This document shows, in pieces, positions 48,489-54,583 of a DNA stretch of 54,583 bases. Source of the DNA: Euglena gracilis (lineage: Eukaryota); NCBI GenBank assembly GCA_039621445.1, contig CP154954.1, positions 39,889,816 through 39,944,398 on the forward strand, written 5' to 3'. Numbering within the stretch: the stretch's first letter is position 1; each line of letters starts with the position of its first letter. The notes under the pieces were generated by a model. It was not told the origin of the DNA and did not search any database. It was given only the letters and a program-made list of their open reading frames with translations. Both the position numbers and the translations under genes were made by a program.

Positions 48489-51400
48489 GGTGCTCGCAGC
48501 TCCACAAACTCTCTTGACCCTGTGCCGACACCAGCCGTATCTTCTGACCCTGTTTTGTGTTTCCCTATCCATCAGTGACCCAAAGTCGGCCAAAAATAGG
48601 TGTGGATCGACCTGCTTTGCCGTGGATCGACTAACAGACAAGTACCAACCTGGTCCGGGAGGATGGTCGCACTTGTCAGCAACCCCCTTTTCTGGCCATT
48701 GACGCAATCTGGCCCTGAAAATCACGCCCCCACGCCCCGATTAAGACCCCAAAATTGCCAAATTCCTGCATTCGGGGGGTTGAGCAGTTGTATTCCCCCC
48801 CCGAATGGCAGAATTTTGACAATTTTTGGGCGTTAGTCGGGGCGTGGTGTGTGCCAAAATGTGCCACCTGCCCCCGGGCAGGTTAGGGCTTAGCTGGGTT
48901 CCCCACCCCCCAAAAACCCCATTAATACCAGAACCCCTGCTGCTCCCGGGGACAGGTGGCACTTTCTGGCAACCCCCCAATCCTTGGGATTGTGGCAACC
49001 TTGCCCCAAAAATGAGATGTCTGGTAAATCAATCTGGGACCCCCAGTTAATCGCGGTTATTCGCTTGGTCCCTGCTTTGGCGGGAAATTGATCATTCCTG
49101 CCACCCCCTTGGTGGAGCAGCACCTCTTTCCCAGCCGGTTCCTAATTTGGTTTCAAAACCAACTTTCGAGAGCGGGTATTCCGAATTTATGGGAAAATAT
49201 TTTGGGTTTGGTGAATTTGGCAATGGAAAATGTGGTGTTCCCCCGTGACCCAAACCATCCCCTGTGCATGTGACGCTTCCTTCCGCACCTTCTGCAGATT
49301 CAATTGCAAGATATGACAATGCATTGACATTGAGCAATTACCACGCTTTGGATGGAACCTGACTTTGAAACGATTTGGAAGATGATAACGAAGATTTGGA
49401 TGATGATTGTTGTGAAGGTGATGTCTCTCAGGAGGTCAAAAGTGACAGTATCAAAAGTGTATTTGATTCAGCAAGGGAAAGCACGAGGTCAACGGTTGAA
49501 AATTGTCAAAATTTTGCAATTCGGGGGGTTGAGCAGCTGTATCCTCCCCCGAAATTTTGACAATTTTTGGGTGTTAACCGGGGCACGGGGTGTGCCAAAA
49601 CGTGCCTCCAACCCCCGGGACCAGATCAGCTGGGCCCCCCACCCCCCAAAACCCCCATGAATATCAGCACCACTGCTGCTCAACGCCCCCCAAATAGCAA
49701 AATTTTCACAATTTTTGGGTGCTAATAGGGGGGCGGCGTGGGGGCGTGATTTTCGGGGCCAGATTGGCTCAATGCCAGGAAATGGGGTGCGCCAAAACGT
49801 CCCACCGGCCCCCGGGACCAGGTCAGCTGGGTTCCCCACCCCCCAAAACCCCCATGAATATCAGCACCACTGCTGCTCAACACCCCCAATAGCAAAATTT
49901 TCACAATTTTTGGGTGCTAACAGGGGGGGGGGGGCGTGGGGGTACCACCCCACATTCACAAAATTTTGCTTTTTTTGTGTAATTTGGGACCATCTGTGCG
50001 ACCGCCACCCCCCCCAAACAGCAGGGTCAAAACGACAGGGTTTGGTTCGTGAAGGAACAGTGTTAGAGTTACTGTCAGGGACCCAGTCCGGGGGCTGGTG
50101 GCACGTTTTGGCACCCCGCATTTCCTCGCATTCAATCTGGCTTTGAAAAGCACGCCCCCCGCACAAAATTTTGCAATTTGGGGGGTTGAGCAGCTGTGTC
50201 CCCCCCAAATTTGACAATTTTTTGAATCAATCGGGGCATGGTGTGTGCCAAAACGTGTCACCCGCCCCCGGGACCAGGTCAGCTGGGCTCCCCACCCCCC
50301 AAAACCCCCATGAATATCAGAACCACTGCTGCTCAACCCCCATCGTCATTATCATCACACTCACAATGGTTTTATAAAAATAAATTTGCAATAATGCATG
50401 TTGGGCCAGCCCTCATTTGGCGAGGGCTGCAATCCCCACAACACCCACAAGTCGCCTAGCGGTTTGTTAGTTGTTTTTATTTTCTTTGGTCTTGGTTGTT
50501 TTCCCCCCCCCAAATGCAACCCCCCAAACTTCCCCCCCCCCCCCCCCGTCCACGAAAGCTTTTTGTTGAACCCCGGTGGAAACAATTGATTGAGTGTATC
50601 CACATGAAATGAGGACAATTACCTCTTTTATCATTTTTTTTTTAATTGCACCAAAAGCTGCCCCCAGACCAGCACACAGCAAAGCAAAACCTGCAGGGTT
50701 TGAATGGAACTCCACTCCCTGAATTTTATGGATTTCTTTTAAGACCGGGGGGGGGGTCGACCCCCCCACCACAGCACCATTGGTGCCACCCACCAGTGAG
50801 GGAATTTTTGACCAAAAAAATCGGTGCCCTTGAGAAGAATGCTCGACAGGGTTGTGTCCAGTACAACAGTACACCCCCAAAACAACGACTGGGGGGGGGG
50901 TCTGGACCCTTGCTTTTGGTGGGGGGGTTTGGGCTGCAGCCTGAGCATCATAATTGAGGGGTGGGTGATTGCCCCGCATTTTCAGGTCGACCTCTCAGCA
51001 CGCGGGCGGCCACTGCACCCTGCTCCCCCGGCAATACAATATGGTCCGGGACAATGCGCGCGCACGTGCAAACATTCTGGGTTACGAGAACATGTGGTCA
51101 CCATTAAAACAGAAGATCAGAAATTCAGGTGAACTGAGTTTTTTTTTTGAATGGTCGTGATTTTCAGGGAAAATTCTGGAAAAAAATGGAATACATGCAA
51201 GTATATTAAGTATAATAAGAATAATGAATACGTCTTTTGTAAATATTAATGGGTTAATCTGACAGGAAATCTTTTCATTGCATCCTCCTCTGGCTGGGGA
51301 CAATTTTGGTTGGCGTTTTGGTGAGGCATCTGCCAGTTTTTTTCCCCCCTTGGTTGCGGGGGTGAGCAGGGGATCGACACTCAGCCCCATCTCCAGTCCA

Positions 51401-52080
51401 CCTCGGAGCCATGATGCTGCTGCTGCTGCCATCGCCAACCGAGCACCCGTTCCCCACCCGCCAACTCAGGGCCCCCTGCTCCCACCCGGCAGCTCACCGG
51501 CGCTGGGCTTCCCTCTTCCAACCCGTGGACGCTTGTACCACACCCCCAGGAGTGTGCACTGAATGTGTGCGATGGACACGTGTGGGGGCATATGATGGTG
51601 GAGTGGAATGGAGCATGCTTTTCCCCCACCTCAACCCAGCGAACCCGGCGTGGTATGAGCAGGGGTCACTGAAGGGATCCGGCAGGCGGCAGCGAAGGCA
51701 CGGGTGGTAGGCGCAGGGGCGTGCGCGGGGGCATATGCGAAGCAGCACCTCTGCACACCTCTCGCCGCAAACCGCTCAGGTGTGCACTGCTGGATTGGCG
51801 GGAACACGCACAAAGAGGGGGTGTCGCGCTTGACTTCAGTCAAAAATGGCAGGATGGAAACAAGGAAGGCGGTGGAGCGCATGGATTCGAAGTTTCCAAA
51901 GGCATTATACTTTGCTTTTCATCCTCACCATGCAATTGTTCGATGTAGAGTGCAGCCCATACCGCCCAGTGTTCTTTTCCCATTCGGGGGGCAAGGGGTG
52001 ACTGGTTTTTTCTGAAACTGGATTGCAGTATGGTGTGTTTTCCCTCATTATTTTGCATCATTGCCCCCTGGTACATTCAG

Positions 52081-52445
52081 GTCCTCTCCACCATGAAGTT
52101 CGACTTCGACGTGTCTGCTGCCCATGCCAGCCCAGCACCCACCCCCACCTGCCTGCCCAGTGCCCGATGCTGCCTCAACGGTTGTGCATGTTGTTCGCAG
52201 ATCGCAGATGTGCATGTTTTTGGCAAACGCTCGCGCGCGCACACACACAGACACATACACACACACACACACACACAATGAAGGTTCAGCGTCCAACGCA
52301 CGACACATGCAGTCCACCAGGGTTCGCATTTTTTTCCCCAGTTGGGTATGTTGCCAAGGAGCACTGAAGGCAGCGGCAACCACAGGAGCGCAGAAGCAGC
52401 AGCAACAGGAGCGCAGGAGCAGCAGCGCCTCCGGCCTGTCGTCCC
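52081..52445 (+). CDS. Two probable exons (52081-52154 and 52372-~52445) joined across nonconventional intron 52155-52371
   Basis: cattcag|VLSTMKFDFDVSAAHASPAPTPTCL; t|gcc CAGTGC ... GCACTG aaggc|a; continues AATTGAQKQQQQERRSSSASG in frame. Confidence 0.6.
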
Positions 52446-53749
52446 CATCATTTTGGGGTTGGTTTGATTTGGCAGAGGTGTGGTGAAGGCTACAACGGGT
52501 TGGGCCAGCGGTTAACTTAAAGAAATTTATCACCAAGGTGCAGGAGGGGGGGGGCACAGTTTTTTTGTCTTTTGAAAACATCACCGATCCCTCAGTTTGT
52601 ACCATCCCACCGATGCCCTCGGGGCAGGTGTGTTTGGTGTGTTCATAGAGAAGCCATGTGGCTTGTTCCTGTTGCCAATTTCCTGTGAAATTTCCTGTGA
52701 AATTTGTTCTCAGTTTTGTGATCTTTGATTTTCATTTTTAAGTTTTGTGAAAAATTTTTGATTGTTTCCCATGTGGGCGGGGTTGCAGCCTGCCCATATG
52801 CCACCCCACCACCAGACACATGATGTCCCGAGGCATTTATGATCCCCAGCCAGACAATGGGTGAAAGGTGGTTAGTGGTGGCCAATGGTCAACTGCTTCT
52901 GGCCGTGTTCTTGGCCTGCTTTCCTGTTCTTTCTGCCCTTCTTCCTTCGGCCACCCTGGCCGCCTCCTTTTGACGCGGTTTTGCGTCGTTCTGCAGCGCT
53001 TCAGCAGCTTTGAAGCAGTTTTGCCACCTTGGACCTGTCTTGAGGGCTTTGGTCTTGCACTTGCCGTGGCTCAGCTTTGGCTGCTTTGGACCTCTTTCCG
53101 CTTCGCAGTGGCCATCTTGGCCACATTGGGCCCTGCTCACCGTGCTTTGGCTGCAAAGGCCGTCAAAAGGTGTGCTTTGGCCAGCTCGAGTTTCTACCAG
53201 TGCTCTATCTGCTCCTCACATCTTGTGCCTGTTTTCTTTGGCCACCCTGTTTGTTTCTTGGGTCGTGCCAGAAACAAGGCCATTGTATGAGGTTTAGGTT
53301 CAGGCATTGGATGATAAGTGCCTCGCCATGCCATGCATTTGATTTGATCCACTGACCAATGTTGATGTTGTCTCCTGATGTTTGGTGGTGGGTGGCATTG
53401 GGCCTGGCAGACAATGCCGGCTGTGTTGACACACCACATGTGTTTTGTGTTTTTTTTTTGCGGCAACACACCTCCAGAACTGATCAGTTGGTTCCACCAG
53501 AACCCAACCCCCAGTGGGAAAGAGCCTCTCAGTGGTGGCTGTGTGCTTAGTCTGGGCGGGTCTTTTTTTCAGTCTAATTAGTTCAAGTGCCCCCCCCCTC
53601 CCCGTGCGATGAAATGGACCCCTCCTCTGTGGGGACTGAACCAAAGGGTTGGCCGTCCGTTTTGGTGATGGGTTGAAAGGAGGTCCGAAGCCGTACACAG
53701 AGAAACAGGCACCAGTGCGTTCCACCCTGGGATGGGCAACACCGGGGTC

Positions 53750-54538
53750 GCCAGAAGGCAGCCCCGCCGCAGCCGCTGGCAGAGTGGCGGAGGCGGGCGG
53801 GCCGGAGCAGCATGCGCCCAGCCGCGACGGCGAAGGTGAGGTGTGCGCATGTGGGGAGGTGAGGTCACCATCCACTTCAGAAAAAAAAACCGGTCAGCCA
53901 CTTTTCAAAACCAATCACTCATTTCCCACCCTCCCCCCACCTGGGGGGAGTCGGTTGCTCTGGAGACATCGAGGGAAAACTGCCTCAAAAGCAATGGATT
54001 TAGGCCAAAAAACACCCAAAAAATTCCGGTGCGGAGGGGGGAGTCCAGCTCCCCACAAAAAAAAAACTCCTCACACGGAAACCCAAACGTTTCAAATGAA
54101 CGACAGTTTTTTGAACATCATTCCGGTCTCCGCGTGAGCCCCTGCAAATTGTCGGCACTTGACAGTGACTTTTTTTAAAAAAATTTTTAAAAAAAGGCCC
54201 AGCATATATTTTTCCTCCAAAAAAAGGGAAATCGTTTTGATGGGCAGGCAGTCATTGGTTGGGCTGCGGCCAGCTGTGGCCCAACCAAAACCGCAATCTT
54301 ATCAAAATTTTCGAGTTTGTTGGGCTTCACTTGGCATTCTTTCATTCTCCCTCCTTGCCAATTCTTCTTTTTGCTGAAACGGAGGGCCTCACTTTCAGGG
54401 GGGTGTGGCTGTGCATGTGTTTGAATGTGTTTTTGATGGTGCCCCCCCCCCCACCGTTCATCTCCCCATTCTCCTCTCCCCCTCAGGGCTTCTCATACGC
54501 CCCTGCCACACTCGACGGACCGTTCTTCCCAGAGAAGG
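53750..54538 (+). CDS. Two probable exons (~53750-53836 and 54488-54538) separated by a GT-AG intron; may belong to the gene starting at 52081
   Basis: QKAAPPQPLAEWRRRAGRSSMRPAATAK|gtgagg ... pyrimidine tract cctcag|GFSYAPATLDGPFFPEK|gt. Confidence 0.5.
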
Positions 54539-54583
54539 TGTGGCACTGCTGTTATGCGGCCAAGGAGCGCTGACCTCACATAT

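Larger units (their letters stand above)
47847..48647. mobile_element. TG...CA element with ~29-bp TIRs, 6-bp TSD and telomere-like interior
   Basis: acctgg|tggcacttgtctgttagtcgattcacggc ... gccgtggatcgactaacagacaagtacca|acctgg; interrupts a satellite unit. Confidence 0.85.
46525..50340. repeat. Cluster of diverged copies of the 211-bp satellite unit in both orientations, plus a ~470-bp duplicated segment
   Basis: Inverted units ~46530-46720, 47730-48735 (interrupted) and 50085-50190; forward units ~48800-48950, 49545-49940 and 50200-50340; 46735-47488 is duplicated at 49024-49506. Confidence 0.85.

Noticed and set aside
52889-53260. Minus-strand Lys/Ala/Glu-rich pseudogene or transposase remnant
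   Set aside because: No recognisable domain or catalytic motif; evidence insufficient

Overview
Eukaryotic nuclear DNA, very probably from a euglenid (Euglena-like). This is inferred from the mix of GT/GC-AG introns and 'nonconventional' introns with CAG at +4..+6, CTG at -8..-6 and base-paired ends. Bases 1-17089 are a ~211-bp satellite array (~81 units) with higher-order structure, ending in a fold-back hairpin. Bases 17169-26879 hold a hand-reconstructed + strand gene of 16 small exons (1152 nt, 383 aa plus stop, no start codon seen). It encodes a multi-pass membrane protein with a CxxC...CxxC motif and is split by 6 conventional and 9 nonconventional introns. The rest is dominated by nested non-autonomous DNA transposons (MITEs), mostly with CAG...CTG terminal inverted repeats (TIRs) and 8-bp target-site duplications (TSDs). 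It also contains a MITE-containing ~442-bp tandem array, a 29-bp minisatellite, a TG...CA element with a 6-bp TSD carrying telomere-like repeats, diverged and inverted satellite copies, and exon fragments of further genes. Main observation: the nonconventional introns have the geometry of the 8-bp-TSD MITEs (3 nt + TIR ... TIR + 5 nt removes one TSD length), and one element family occurs both as an intron and as a free insertion. Nearly all long ORFs in the supplied track are repeat artefacts. No transposase, rRNA, tRNA or CRISPR array was recognised.
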